Below, piece by piece: positions 20,274 to 33,247 of a stretch of 64,000 nucleotides of DNA. This DNA is from an uncultured Actinomycetota bacterium (GTDB taxonomy: Bacteria > Actinomycetota > Actinomycetes > Streptosporangiales > Streptosporangiaceae): the NCBI GenBank assembly GCA_963795335.1, contig CAWCHI010000010.1, positions 453,367 through 517,366 on the forward strand. Reading direction: 5' to 3'. Positions within the stretch are counted from its first letter, which is position 1; every line of letters begins with the position of its first letter. The translations under genes were made by a program, and so were the position numbers. Below the pieces are notes generated by a model. The model made no database searches. It was not told the DNA's origin and was given only the letters and a program-made list of their open reading frames with translations.

Positions 20274-21158
20274 GTGAGCGGCTTCAGCACAGCGGACATC
20301 CCCGACCTGACCGGCCAGACCGCCGTCGTCACCGGGGCCAACAGCGGCCTCGGGCTGGCCACCGCCCAGGCCCTCGGCGACCACGGCGCCCGGGTCGTCC
20401 TCGCCGTCCGCGACCAGGCCCGGGGCCAGGCGGCGGCCGCCACGGTCGCGGGCGCGGCCGAGGTGCGCCCACTCGACCTGGCCCGCCTGGAGTCGGTCCG
20501 CGCGTTCGCCCGCGACTGGGACGGCCCGGTCGACCTGCTGGTCAACAACGCCGGGGTGATGGTCCCGCCGCTGAGCCGGACCGCCGACGGCTTCGAGCTG
20601 CAATTCGGCACCAATCACCTGGGGCACTTCGCCCTCACCAACCTGCTGCTCCCGCGCCTGACCCCGATGGCCCGGGTGGTGACGGTCTCCTCCGGCGTCC
20701 ACTACGCCGGCCGGCTCGACTTCAGCGATCTCAACTGGGAACGCCGGCCCTACCGCCGGTGGCGCGCCTACGGCCAGTCCAAGCTGGCCAACCTGCTGTT
20801 CACGAGCGAGCTGCAGCGCCGCCTGACCGCGGCCGGCTCGGCCGTCCGGTCGATGGCCGCCCACCCCGGCTACGCCGCGACCAGCCTCCAGTCGCATAGC
20901 GGCAGCCGGCTGACCGAGTTCGCCATGGTCACCGTGGGCAACCGGCTGTTCGCCCAGGACGCGGCCGGCGGCGCGCTGCCGACGCTCTACGCCGCGTTCG
21001 CCGACCTGCCCGGCGACACCTTCGCGGGCCCGTCCGGCCTGCTCCAGCACGGCCCGCCCGCCCCCTGCGCGCGCTCGGCGGCCGCGAGGGACGCTGCCGC
21101 CGCGGTCCGCCTGTGGACGGTCTCCGAGGAGCTCACCGGGGTCACCTTCGCGGCCTGA
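20274..21158 (+). CDS. Short-chain dehydrogenase/reductase (retinol-dehydrogenase-like)
   Basis: [26 protein letters not shown]. Confidence 0.93.
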   Translation: MSGFSTADIPDLTGQTAVVTGANSGLGLATAQALGDHGARVVLAVRDQARGQAAAATVAGAAEVRPLDLARLESVRAFARDWDGPVDLLVNNAGVMVPPLSRTADGFELQFGTNHLGHFALTNLLLPRLTPMARVVTVSSGVHYAGRLDFSDLNWERRPYRRWRAYGQSKLANLLFTSELQRRLTAAGSAVRSMAAHPGYAATSLQSHSGSRLTEFAMVTVGNRLFAQDAAGGALPTLYAAFADLPGDTFAGPSGLLQHGPPAPCARSAAARDAAAAVRLWTVSEELTGVTFAA

Positions 21159-21178
21159 TCCCGGCGACTCCCCATCGG

Positions 21179-21796
21179 TCAGCCGCCCGCGGCGTGCACG
21201 CCGGCCTCGACCGCCGAGGCCACCGCCGCCGGCAGGCCGGCCGGGGTGAACGGCAGCGCGGTCACGTTCGCCGGGGTGCCAGCGGCCGGCCCGGTGACCA
21301 CGAACCGCACCGAGCTGAACTGGCCCGCGTCGGCCAGCGCGGCCGCCCGTTCTGGCGCACCCGCCGCCACGACGACCTTGCACCCGCGGACCAGCAGCGA
21401 CCCGGCGAACGGGGCTGCCTCCGCCTCGGTCGCGGGGCCGGTCACTGCGAGGTACGAGACCCGGGCCGTGGTGGCGGCCGACGCCTGTTCCATGCCCGCC
21501 CAGACCTGTGCCGTCTGCGGGTCGGTCAGCCCGCTGGCGCCGGTCAGCAGGCAGGCGTCGACGTTTTCGTAGACGCGGGCGCGGGCTGGCGGCAGGACCC
21601 GCCCGCCCGGTGACCACGGCAGCGGGCCGCCCGACACCGCCAGGCCGATGCCGGCTCCCGCCACCGCTGAGCACAGCCCCAGCACCACCCAGTGCCCCGG
21701 CAGCCGCCTCACCAGCGCCCTCGCTCTCTGCCAGCCTCCGCGGGGACATCGCTCGGGCAACCGGAAGAAAATCATCAGAAACCACGAATGCCGCAA
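21179..21796 (-). CDS. Membrane-anchored BMP/periplasmic-binding-like protein, divergent from the RHS gene (true start may be downstream)
   Basis: TM segment, then RARVYENVDACLLTG...VWAGMEQAS...RVSYLAV...CKVVVAAG, resembling half of a BMP-type binding fold. Confidence 0.6.
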   Translation of the reverse strand: MRHSWFLMIFFRLPERCPRGGWQRARALVRRLPGHWVVLGLCSAVAGAGIGLAVSGGPLPWSPGGRVLPPARARVYENVDACLLTGASGLTDPQTAQVWAGMEQASAATTARVSYLAVTGPATEAEAAPFAGSLLVRGCKVVVAAGAPERAAALADAGQFSSVRFVVTGPAAGTPANVTALPFTPAGLPAAVASAVEAGVHAAGG

Positions 21797-22087
21797 ACAA
21801 TCTCATGCCGGCGCTAGCCGTGGCAAGACCTCAGGCGATCTGGCCATATTAGCTTTCTGAGCTGCGATTATGCGCGGTCGGCACGTTCCTGCAGCCTCAC
21901 GGTCCCCACGAAGGCTTGTGCGTCGACGAGGCAGAATCTTCGCTTTTAGTTAAATTTGTTAGCTGAAGCGTCAACCTGCCGTCGGGGTATTGCGGTGTTT
22001 CACGGGCGCATGTCAGGATTTGCTCGCTCGAGATTCTGAAGAGACCTCAAGTCTCCTCTCAGGGTTCTCTTACCTTGTTGATTCCTT

Positions 22088-25000
22088 TTGAGTTCTCTGG
22101 GAGCGGGCGTGCGCGTGCGCGGGTCTGGTTACGGGCGGCGGCCGGGGCTGCTGCGACGGATGGGGCGTCACGTGCGCCGGGTCGCTACCGGGACGGGTGT
22201 GCTGGCGCTGGCGGTGCCGATGGCGTGGCCGTCGGGGGCCGGCGGGCAGCACCTGGACTTCCCGTCGGCGTCGTCGGTCCGCTCGGGCGTGGTCCGGCTG
22301 GCCGACTGGGTGGCCGGCGACAGCAGTGCCCCGCCGGCGCTGCCGGTGCAGCAGGCCGGGACCGCCGCGGGCCAGCAGCACGAGGTGCCCGCGGCCAGCA
22401 CGCAAGGCCTGAAGCACGTGACCGGGCACGCCCCGGGCAAGGGCAAGGGTGAGCTGCCGGCCTGGGCGCCGCGCACCCCGGACGGGTCGGAGACCTACAC
22501 GTCGGGTCTAGCCCAGCACGGCTTCGACCCGGCCACCAGCACCCTCGATCAGTCCGGGGCCACGGTGCAGAGCGACCTGTTCAAGAACGCGGACGGGTCC
22601 TTCACCCGCAAGGTGTGGCCGGTGCCGGTCAACTACAAGACCTCGTCCGGGGCCTGGGCGGCGATCGACCCGAGCCTGGTTCAGGGGGCGGGCGGCCGGT
22701 GGCAGGAGCGGGCCAACTCCCTCAGCGTGAACTTCGCCGCGACGGGCAGCGACCCTGCCCTGGCCACGGTGGCCATACCGGGCGGGCCGGACCAAGTTTC
22801 CTTCTCCCTGGCGGGAGCGGGCAACGTGGCCGCCGCGGCGTCTGGTTCGGCGGTCACCTACCCGGGGATCTTGCCCGGCACGAGCGTGACGGAGACCGCG
22901 ACCGCGGATGGGCTGAGTGAGGCGCTGACGCTGTCGTCGGCCGCGGCGGGGAACAGCTGGGTGTTCCCGCTGGACTTGAAGGGGCTGACGGCCACCCTCG
23001 ACAACGGTTCGGTGGACCTGGCCGACGGCGCCGGGAACGTGGTCGGGGTCATCCCGCCCGCGGTGGCCTGGTCGGGCGCGGTGCGGCCGTCCGGCTTCGG
23101 CGCGAACAAGAACACCTCCCAGCTCACCTACCAGCTGGTCACCAGCAACGGCGCCCCGGCGCTGCAGATGACGCTCGACCCGTCCTGGCTGAATGCCCCC
23201 GGGCGGGTCTTCCCGGTCACGGTCGACCCGAGCATCACCATGCCCAACCAGGGCAGCACCTACGCCGAGTCCGACAACGGGAGCCCGGAGACCGGCAACT
23301 ACAGCGGGGAACAGACTGACGACGTAGGTGTCGCTACCTTCGGCAGTGACACCTACAACGACATCACTTTTGTCGACCTGTCCAGCGTCAACACGACCCT
23401 GGCGAACTACCACATCACCTCGGGCTCGCTGATGATGTTCGACTCCTGGGCCGCCCAGTGCTCCAGCCCCATCACAGCGACGGCCTACCAGGTCACCGGG
23501 GCATGGGCGCCCAGCCAGTCGATGACCTACCCCGGCCCCGCCTACGGCACCGCCGACGCGCAGTGGACCGGGACGGCCTCATCGGCCGCCTGCGGCAACA
23601 ACCCCCTCAGCACGCAGCCCGGGGCAGGCAGCTGGGTCAGCCTGGCCTTCAACCCAGCAGGCGTCAGCCTGCTCAACCAGTGGACTGCGAACACGGCCGG
23701 TGTCAGCAACTACGGCTTCGCCGTGCAGACGTCGCTGACCAATCCGAGCCAGGCTGTGCAGTTCGACTCCTACACCGCCACCGGCATCACCGGCTCCCAG
23801 GGCGGCAACTGCACCGGCAGCTGCCAGCCCTACCTGCAGCTGAACTACACCGGGCCCGCCTCCGACATCGCGCCGCAGGTCAACTCGCAGTACCCGCAGA
23901 ACAACGCCAACGCCCCGACGCTGACCCCGGAGCTGCTGGCATCGGCCACCGACCAGGACAGCTACCCGTTCACCAGCCCGCAGTACAAGTTCACCGTCTA
24001 CAACGCGGCCGGCACCACCACGATCGCCACCTCCGGCCTGATCTCGTCCGGCGACTGGACGGTGCCAGCCGGGGACCTGGCCTGGGGCCAGACCTACACC
24101 TGGTCGGTGCAGGCCTACGACGGCGACCTGTACTCACCCAACCCGCAGCTGTACACCTTCACCACCGAGGTACCACAGCCACTAGTGACCTCGCAGCTGT
24201 CGCAGAACCCGTCTGGTCCCGGCTTCAACCCGCAGACGGGGAACTGGACGTCGTCGGTGACCGACGCGCAGGTGCCCACCGTCGGGCCGTCGCTGTCCAT
24301 CACGCGCGATTACAACAGCGCTGACCCGCGGGTCTCGGGGGCGTTCGGCGCCGCCTGGTCGTCGGTTCTCGACATGAAGGTCAGCCCGGGCGAGGACGGC
24401 AGCGCGGGCACCACCGCGACCGAGGTGGTGAACTACCCCGACGGCGAGGAAGTCGGGTTCGGGCTGAACGCCAACGGGTCGTACTCCCCGCCCCCGGGCC
24501 GGTTCGCCACCCTGATCACAGTGTCAGGCGGCGGGTTCAAGCTGACCGACAAGAACGACACCGCCTACCTGTTCACTCAGTCCCTCGGCTCCGGCGTGTA
24601 CGGCATCTCCTCGATCACCGATGCGCTCGGCCGGGCCGAGACGTTCACCTACAACGCCTCCAACCAGGTCACCACGGTCACGTCGGCATCGGGCCGGGCG
24701 CTGACGATCAGCTGGGCCACCCCGTCGGGCGCCAGCTACGCGCACGTAGCCTCGGTGGTCACCCCCGATGCCACCGCCGGCAACGCCTCGACCGCGCAGA
24801 CCTGGACCTACAACTACTCCGGGGACCGCCTGTCGTCGGCCTGCCCGCCCGCCTCGGCCACCGTGTGCACCGCGTACGGCTACACCTCCGGGTCGGACTA
24901 CCCCGACGCGGTAATCGACTCCGGCCCGTACTCCTACTGGCGGATGGACGAGACGTCCGGCAGCACCGCCGCCAGCTCGGTGCTCGCCAACGAGGGCGTG

Positions 25001-28000
25001 GACAGCTCCCAGTACAGCGCGGTGACGCTGGGCCAGGACGCCGGGCCGCTGGCCGGATCGTCGGCCAAGGCCGTCACCTTCAACGGCTCGTCGTCCTACG
25101 TAACGCTGCCGGACAACCTGGTCACGGCGGCCCAGGACCAGACAATCTCGCTGTGGTTCAAGACGACCAGCACGAACGGGGTCTTGTGGTCCTCGTCCGC
25201 CGATGGCCCGGGCAGCACCACGACCAAGAGCTTCAGCCCGGAGCTGTACGTCGGAAGCGACGGCAAGCTGGTCGGCGCGTTCTGGGACGGCACCGCGGGT
25301 GACGCGATGACGTCGGCGGCCGCGGTCAACAACGGGCAGTGGCACAACGCGGTGCTGGCCGACTACGGCAGCGGCCAGACGCTGTACGTCGACGGGCAGA
25401 AGGCCGGATCGCTGTCGAAGGGATTCGCCAGCACCGTCCAGACCAACAGCTTCATCGGCGCGGGCTACCTCGGCGGCAGCTGGCCCGACGAGCCGAGCTA
25501 CAACCCCGGCAGCAGCGCCGGCTACGGCTACAGCTTCAACGGCGACATCGCCGACGCGGCGATCTGGACTCGGCAGCTGTCGGCGGCCGAGGTGACGGCC
25601 CTGTACAGCGCGGGCACCCACCAGGGCGCGCTGCTGACCAAGCTGACCCGTCCGTCCGGCAGCGTCTACGCCCAGGTCAGCTACGACCCCCTGACCAGCC
25701 GGGTCGTAGCCGACACGGACAGCAACGGCGGCACCTGGACGCTGAACCCGCCGAAGGCCCAGGGCACCAGCCAGGCCTGGCTCAGCGCCGTCCTCGGCGC
25801 CAAGCCGGCCGATTACTTCCGGCTGAACGACACCGGCGGCGCCGGTGCGGCCAACCAGGTCTTCTGCTTCTGCACCCGGGACGCCACGTACAACAGCGTG
25901 CAGGAGAACACGGCCGGCGGCCCGTTCGCCGACGCGAACGTCGCCCAGTTCAGCAACGCCAACGACTCCTACCTGGCGATGCCGCAGGAAGACAGCGCCT
26001 CCGGTTCCACCGCCTCAGTCGGGGTGTGGTTCAAGACGACCGGCACCAACGAGGTCATCTACTCCGAGCAGACCGGGGCGATCACCGGCTCGGCTCCGTC
26101 GGCGTTCGACCCGGTGCTGTACATCGGCAAGGACGGCAAGCTGAACGGCGAGCTGTACGACGGGAACTTCACCACCGCTGAGTCGAGCGCGGCGGTGAAC
26201 GACGGCAAGTGGCACTATGCGGTGCTGGCGGCCGGCGCGGGTAACCAGACGCTGTACGTCGACGGGAACGCGCAGGCTACCGTCAACGGCAGTGTTGCCA
26301 GCGAGTCGTGGACGAACATCGACGCCGGGGCTGGCTTCGCGGGCGGATCGTGGCCCGACCTGTCGTCCTCGTCGGTCGCCACGCTCGGCTTCACCGGTGA
26401 CCTGGCGGAGCTGGCCTGGTACCCCTACCAGCTGTCGGCCGCCCAGGTCACCACGCAGTGGAACACGGTCCAGTACGCCACCGGGCTCACCCCGGCCCAG
26501 GTCAACACCGTCACCGACCCCGGCGGCAACACCCTGAGCTGGACCTACGACCTGCTCAACGGCGGGCGCCTGATGTCGCACACCGACGCTGTCGGCGGCA
26601 TCACGTCTTACACCTACAACACCGGTGGCTTTCCGGCGGCCGTCACCGACCCGGACGGTGACATCACCCAGACCGGGTACGACCCGCGCGGCAACAAGGT
26701 GTCCGAGACGACCTGCCAGAACCAGGCCGCCAACGAGTGCTCGACGTCCTACTGGTCGTATTACCCCGATGACACCTCCGCCCAGCTGACGACGCCCGAC
26801 CCGCGCAACGACCAGGTGCTGACGTCCTCCGACGGCCGGTCGGCGTCCAGCACGGACACCACATATCAGACCTCGTACACCTACGACACGCTGGGTGACC
26901 TGACTAAGGTGACGACCCCGCCGGTGAGCGGGTACCCGTCGGGTCGGTCGACGACTTACCTCTACACCAGCGGCACCACGGCCGGCGGCTACAGCGGCAC
27001 GGTCCCGCCCAAGGGCCTGCCCTACCAGGAGACGACCCCGGGCGGCGCCGTCACCACCACCTTGTACTACGCCGACGGTGACGTCGCCCAGGTCACCGAC
27101 CCGGACGGGCAGAGCACCCTGTACACCTACGACGGGCTCGGCCGGAAGAGCAGCCGGACCGTCACCTCCACCACTTACCCCTCCGGCCTGCTCACCAGCT
27201 ACACCTACGACGCCAACGGGAACCTGTCGACCGAGACCGACCCGGCCACGACCGATGCGGTCACCGGCGCGGTCCACACCGCGAAGACGACCACCACCTA
27301 CGACCCCGACGGTGACGTGCTGACTACGTCGACGGCCGACCTGACCGGGGGTGACGCGACCCGCACGGTCACCAGCACCTACAACTCTTTCGACCAGCTG
27401 GCCACCCAGACCGACGCGGCCAGCGCCAAGACCACCTACAACACCTATGACGGGTACGGGAACCTCACGGAGGAAACCGACCCGGACGGCAACATCACCC
27501 AGTACACCTACGACGGCAACAGTCACCTGCTGACCACCACGCTGGAGAATTACACCGGTTCCCCGCCCGGCTCGCAGCAGGCCGCCCCGCTGACGGAGGA
27601 GTCCCGCGCCTACGACCCGGCTGGCCGGCTGGCGACGGTGATAGACGCGATGGGCCGGATCACCCGGTACTACTACACCGACAACGGCCTGGTGACAGGG
27701 GTGGATCATTTCAGCCCGGACTGGTCGCAGTCGTTCTACACCGAGTGGGACTCCTACGACGGGGCCGGCAACCTGATCGAGCAGTGGACCAACAGCAACT
27801 GGTACACCGACACCCGTTACACCGTGGACGCCGCCGACCGGGTCACCCAGCAGGTGACCGACCCGTCCGGCCTGGACCGCACCAGCGCCATCAGCTACAC
27901 GCCCGACGACCAGCAGGCGAGCGTCACCGACAGCGGCCCGGACGGGGTCTCGAGCACCACCTCCTACACCTACGACCCGGCGGGCAACGAGCTGTCGCAG

Positions 28001-31000
28001 TCGGTCACCGACCCGGGGTCGGGTGGGCCAGCCGCCTGGTACAACCTGAACCAGTCCTCTGGCACGGCGGTCCCGGACGCGATCGGTGGCGGGCAGCCCG
28101 CCACCGCGTCCGCGGTGACCTGGGACGGCACCGAGGGCACGTTCAGCGGCAGCTCCGGCAGCCAGGTCGCCACGGCCGGCCCGGTCCTGGACACCACCGG
28201 CTCGTTCACCGTCGCGGGGTGGGTGAACCTGGCCGCTAACAACCTGGGCCACCCGCAGGTGCTCGCCTCGCAGGCGGCCGGCACCGCCAGCGGCTTCACC
28301 TTGGGCTTCGACCAGGCCAGCGGGGACTGGCAGTTCGGCCGGGCGCTAACCGACACCGCCAGCCCGTCGTACGCCAACGCGAACTCCACCGCGGCGGCGG
28401 CCACCGGGACCTGGGTGTTCCTGGCCGGGGTGTTCAATGCCAACACCGGTGCGATGACCCTGTACGTCAACGGCGCCTCCTCCGGGACCGCGACCGACAC
28501 GTCCCCGGTCGCAGCGCACGGCCCGTTCACGATCGGCAGCGCCAAGACCGCCGGGGCGCAGGGCGACTGGTTCGACGGCAAGGCCAGGAACGTGCAGGTC
28601 TACCCGCGGGCCCTGTCGGCGGCCGAGGTCACCACCCTGTACGGCGGCGGCAGCGGCACCAGCGACGTCACTAACAGCGCACTGACCACCAGCTGGACCC
28701 GCGACCAGCGCGGCCTGCCCACCTCGGTGACAGACGCGGACGGCGCCGTCACCGGCTACGTCTACGACCAGGCCGGCCAGCTTACCCAGACCAACCTGCC
28801 GATGGTCACCACCCAGGTCTACGGCGGGTCCCCGGTCACCGCGCACCCCCAGACGCTGACCGGCTACGACACCTTCGGTGACGTCGCCGAGAACGAGAAC
28901 GCCAACGGCAACGTCACCACCGACCACTACGACGCCGACGGGCGGCAGACGTCGCAGACGCTGCCGAGCTACACCCAGCCCGGAACCTCGACCGTGATCT
29001 CCTCGGTCACCACTACCGTCTACGACGGCGACGGCCTGGTCACCTCGGTCACCGACGGGAACAACAACACCACCAAGTTCGGCTATGACCAGCTCGGCAA
29101 CCAGGTGACCGACACCGCCCCCGACAACAGCGTCACCACCACGTCCTACGACACTGACGGGGAGCCGCTGTCGGTCACCGGGCCGACCGGCGCCCAGACG
29201 GACACGACCTGGGATTACATGGGCCGCAAGCTGACCTCCACCCAGGTCGAGCGCTACACCGGCTCGGGGACCGCCAGCTACACCACCAGCTACGCCTACA
29301 ACGACAATGCCGGCGGCTGGCTGTCGCAGGAGACCAGCCCGGACGGGGTCACCACCAAGTACGCCTACAACACGATGGGCGAGCAGGTCTCGGTGACCGA
29401 CGGCGCCGGCAACACCACCGGTTACGGCTATGACTCGCTCGGCCGCCAGACCAAGGTGACCTACCCGGACGGGACCGCGACCAAGACCGGGTACGACGGT
29501 GCCGGCAACGTCACCTCGGCCACCAAGCTGGACTCTTCTGGCACCACCCTGTCGACGACCTCGGCGGCCTATGACGGTAACGGCGACCAGATCTCGGAGA
29601 CCGACGCGGCCGGCAACAACAGCACGTTCACCTACGACCGGACCGGGCTGCTGACCCAGGAGGTGCAGCCGGTCTCGGCGACCAGCGGGATCACCACGTC
29701 GTTCGGTTACGACGCGGCTGGCAACCAGACGCGGTACACCGACGGCAACGGCGGCCAGTGGTGGGACACCTACAACAGCTGGGGCCTGCAGGAGTCGCGC
29801 GTCGAGCCGTACACGAGCACGTACAACACGGCGGCGACCTCGACGTTCACCACCGCCTATGACGCCGACCAGAACCCGGTCACGCTGACCGAGCCGGGCA
29901 GCTCTCCCGTTATGGTCACTGACACCTACAACAAGGTGGACGAGCTGACCGGCCAGTCCGGCAGCGGCGCGGACGCGGCCACCCCGGCCCGGACGTTCGG
30001 CTACGACACGGCCGGGAATATGACGTCGGCGTCGACGTCGAACACCCTCGGCACGGGGTCCAACGCGACCAGTGAGACATTCACTTACAACGACCGCGGC
30101 GACGTGCTGACCGCGACGGGGACGGGCGGGTCGAGCACGCTCGCCTACAACGGCGACGATCTGCTGTCCTCGGTGGCCGACGCAGCCGGCACCACCTCGT
30201 ACACCTATGACAATGCCGACCGGTTGTCGACGCTGGCGAACCCGGTGACCGGGGCGACGGCGACGTACTCCTACAACCCCGAGTCGCAGGTGTCGGGGAT
30301 CAGTTACGGGTCGGGGAAGGACAGCCAGTCGTTCGGTTACGACACCCAGCACCGGCTGACCAGCGACACCCTGAAGACCAGCTCGGGGACCACGGTGGCG
30401 TCGGAGTCTTACGGCTACAACTCCGACAGCGAGATCACCTCGGAGAACACGACCGGGCTGGCCGGGGCGGCGTCAAACACTTACACCTACGACGAGGCCG
30501 GCCGCCTGACGTCGTGGAACAACGGCACCACGACGGCCAATTACGCCTACGACAGCAACGGCAACCTGACCAGGAACGGGACCAAGACCCTCACTTACGA
30601 CGCCCGCGACGAGCTGACCGGCGACGGGACCAGCACCTATACCTACACCGCCCGTGGCACGAGCTCGTCTGAGCCGGGTCCGGGTGGCCCCCTGGGCGTG
30701 AGCTCGGATGCGTACGGCGACCAGATGACGGCTGGCACCCGGGGTTATGCGTATGACGCGCTCGGCCGGCTGACCGGCGACACCGTGACAGGCGGCCCGA
30801 ACTTCGCCTTCACCTACGTCGGCTCGGCCGGGACTCTGGCCTCGGACGGCTCGTCGGCCTACACCTGGGATCCCTCTGGCGGCATGCTGGTGGGGGCGGG
30901 CGCGGTCGGCGGCGGCACGGGTGGCGTGCAGGTGCTGACGGACTCCCACACGAACATGACCGGCCAGTTCACCGCGGCCGGCACCAGCATCTCCGGGTCG

Positions 31001-32816
31001 AAGGCGTATGACCCGTGGGGCACGGTCACCGCGACGACCGGGACGCCGGTGGGGTTGCTGGGTTACCAGTCGGCGTGGACGGATGCGGCGGCCGGGAAGG
31101 ACCTGATGGGGGCCCGCTGGTATGACCCGTCGGCGGGGGATTTCACTTCCCGGGACACGGTGGTGGTGGCGCCGGACCCGGACCCGGTGGCGGGTAACCC
31201 GTTCGCTTATGCGGGAGATGAGCCGCTGGACCTGGTCGACCCGACCGGGCATGCGTTCGAGACCCCCGGTCATGCGGCTGTCAACGATGCGCATGTCACG
31301 ACGACTGCCAGGACGGCCGCCCGTTCCCCGGTCCGGACGGGAAACGCGGTGAGCACGGTCTCGTCGGTTGAGCGCACGGTCAGTGCCCTGAAGACCGCTG
31401 CGGCTAAGGCAACCGCGGCCAAGGCCAAGCCGGCCCCGGCCCAGAAGACCGCCGCCGCGAAGTCCACGGCGAAGAAGACCAGCACCGCGACGTCTGCCGC
31501 TATCGCGTCCGCTCAGAACAGGGCCCGTTTGAATCTCCTGGCCAAGGCGGCAAGGTCGGCGACCTACTCTGCGGCATATGACGGCGCCGACACATACCAT
31601 GTGCAGACGACAAGTGCAGGCACGGGGGAGCGCACGTCGGCGACCCCGCGAGCCCGGCCAGTCCGGGGCTGTCTTCGCGTCCGGCTGCTCTCAGACCCTA
31701 AGCAAGCTCGGTTCATGCCCAGCCGAACGGGACGCCGCCGGCACCACCGCCGCCGAGCAGAAAGCGGCCTTCAAGGGCGCGCTTTGGGTAATCGGAGGCA
31801 GCATCCTCGGCCCTGCCGTCGAGGCAGCCGCCGGCCTGTTCGGAGCCGGGGACGCCGCGAGTGAGGCGGCCACCGTCCCCGAAACCGCCACTGCCGACTC
31901 CGGTGCCGGTGCCAGCGACGAGCCGACGTCTTGCGTGATCCCTGGCGGGAACAGTTTCACCGCCGGGACCCTGGTCCTGCTCGCCTCCGGCAAGGCCGAG
32001 CCCATCAGCGTGCTCAAGACAGGCGACAAGGTCGTGGCCAACGACACCAAGACCGGCCGCGACCAGCCCGAGGCGGTCACCGCCGTTCTCGTCCACCATG
32101 ACAACAACCTCTACAACCTCACCGTCAAGACCAGCCGCGGCACCGAGGTCGTCCACACGACCAGCAACCACCTGTTCTGGGCTCCTTATCCGCACTACGG
32201 CTGGATTCCGGCAAATCACCTCAAACCGGGCATGCATCTCAAGACGCCGGACGGCCAGCCGGCCATCGTGGTCGGGGGCTCGGTCCCGGCCGATCACGAC
32301 GGCTGGATGTGGGACCTCACCGTCCCCGGCAACAACGACCACGACTTCTATGTACTCGCGGTCGCTGCCAACACAAAAAGCACAGGGGGCACTGGAACAC
32401 TTATCCTTGTCCATAACGCAAACGGACCAGAGTGTGGCGATCAGTTGTCGCTCTTCGACGAAGAGCCCTACCGTTCTACTGCAAACGACGGCAAGACTCG
32501 AGGGATACTTGAGATTGACGGCGAGGAGATCCCGCTGACCTCGCATGGGCCGGATCCGGAAAACTATATCGCGAGCGGACATGTTGAGGGACAGGCCGCC
32601 CTTATTATGCGAGAGCGTGAAGCTGCAAGTGCTACACTTTGGATAGATAACCCGAATGGCATCTGCTCGTACTGCACGGCCCAGGTGCCAACGCTGCTTC
32701 CCGAGGGTGCGTCGCTCGACGTGCAAGCACCGCTTGGCACTGTTCCTAGAGATCCGACCTGGAGCAATAGCAGGATATTTATAGGGAACACCCGAGACCC
32801 CCTGTCGCCTGGATAG
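22088..32816 (+). CDS. Giant secreted RHS/YD-repeat polymorphic toxin: three LamG domains, RHS core, Hint domain, C-terminal DddA-like deaminase (frameshift near 31650 joins ORFs 22088-31864 and 31578-32816)
   Basis: Signal-like N-terminus; dense YD repeats; LamG signatures (YWRMDE, WFKT, VNDGKWH, LYVDG); GARWYDP and PLDLVDPTG core; SCVIPGGNSF...LILVHN Hint; HVE...CSYC deaminase. Confidence 0.85.
31932..32417 (+). other. Pretoxin Hint (intein-like autoprocessing) domain
   Basis: C..NSFTAGTLVLLASG, HTTSNHLFW, WIPANHLKPG, MWDLTV..NHDFYV-like block, terminal LVHN. Confidence 0.9.
32418..32816 (+). other. DddA-like (SCP1.201 clade) cytidine deaminase toxin domain
   Basis: NY..SGHVEGQAALIMR, NPNGICSYC, TLLPEGA and FIGN..DPLSP parallel Burkholderia DddA (GHVEGQSALFMR, NPEGTCGFC, TLLPENA, FTGNSNSPKSP), as recalled. 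Confidence 0.88.
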
Positions 32817-32848
32817 CGGCGTAACCGCATAAAGAATACGGGATGTAA

Positions 32849-33247
32849 ATGGAAGTATCATGGGTAGCAAGTGAACCGGGCTCTGGCCGCCTCTCCGCGT
32901 TCCGGTATTCCGGTGTGGAGGACTACGTCTCCAGGATGGAGGAGCTCTTGGAGTTGGGCGAGGGATATTCCGAGGTAAGTCGCGGCGATCAGCTTTACCC
33001 GCGCGTGAGCCTAACTTTCAGGGCCAATTACGGGGTAGTCGCGCATTGGCAGTCAAGCGATCGAATACTGCTCCTGCTGGGCGATGGCATAATCCCCAAG
33101 GACGCAAGGGTATCAGTCCCTGAATTGGAGGGCGACGCGGTATATACTGGCGCCTTTGTGTCAAGTCGGCAGCGTGCTTGGGATGCGGTCAAGAAGTTTA
33201 TCGGATCGGGTTCCGTTGATGAGCTAGGTCAATGGGTTGAGTTGTGA
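32849..33247 (+). CDS. Cognate immunity protein, Imm1/DddI-like
   Basis: Small low-GC ORF right after the toxin; YPRVSLTFRANYGVV, AWDAVKKFI and terminal WVEL resemble DddI/Imm1. Confidence 0.75.
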   Translation: MEVSWVASEPGSGRLSAFRYSGVEDYVSRMEELLELGEGYSEVSRGDQLYPRVSLTFRANYGVVAHWQSSDRILLLLGDGIIPKDARVSVPELEGDAVYTGAFVSSRQRAWDAVKKFIGSGSVDELGQWVEL

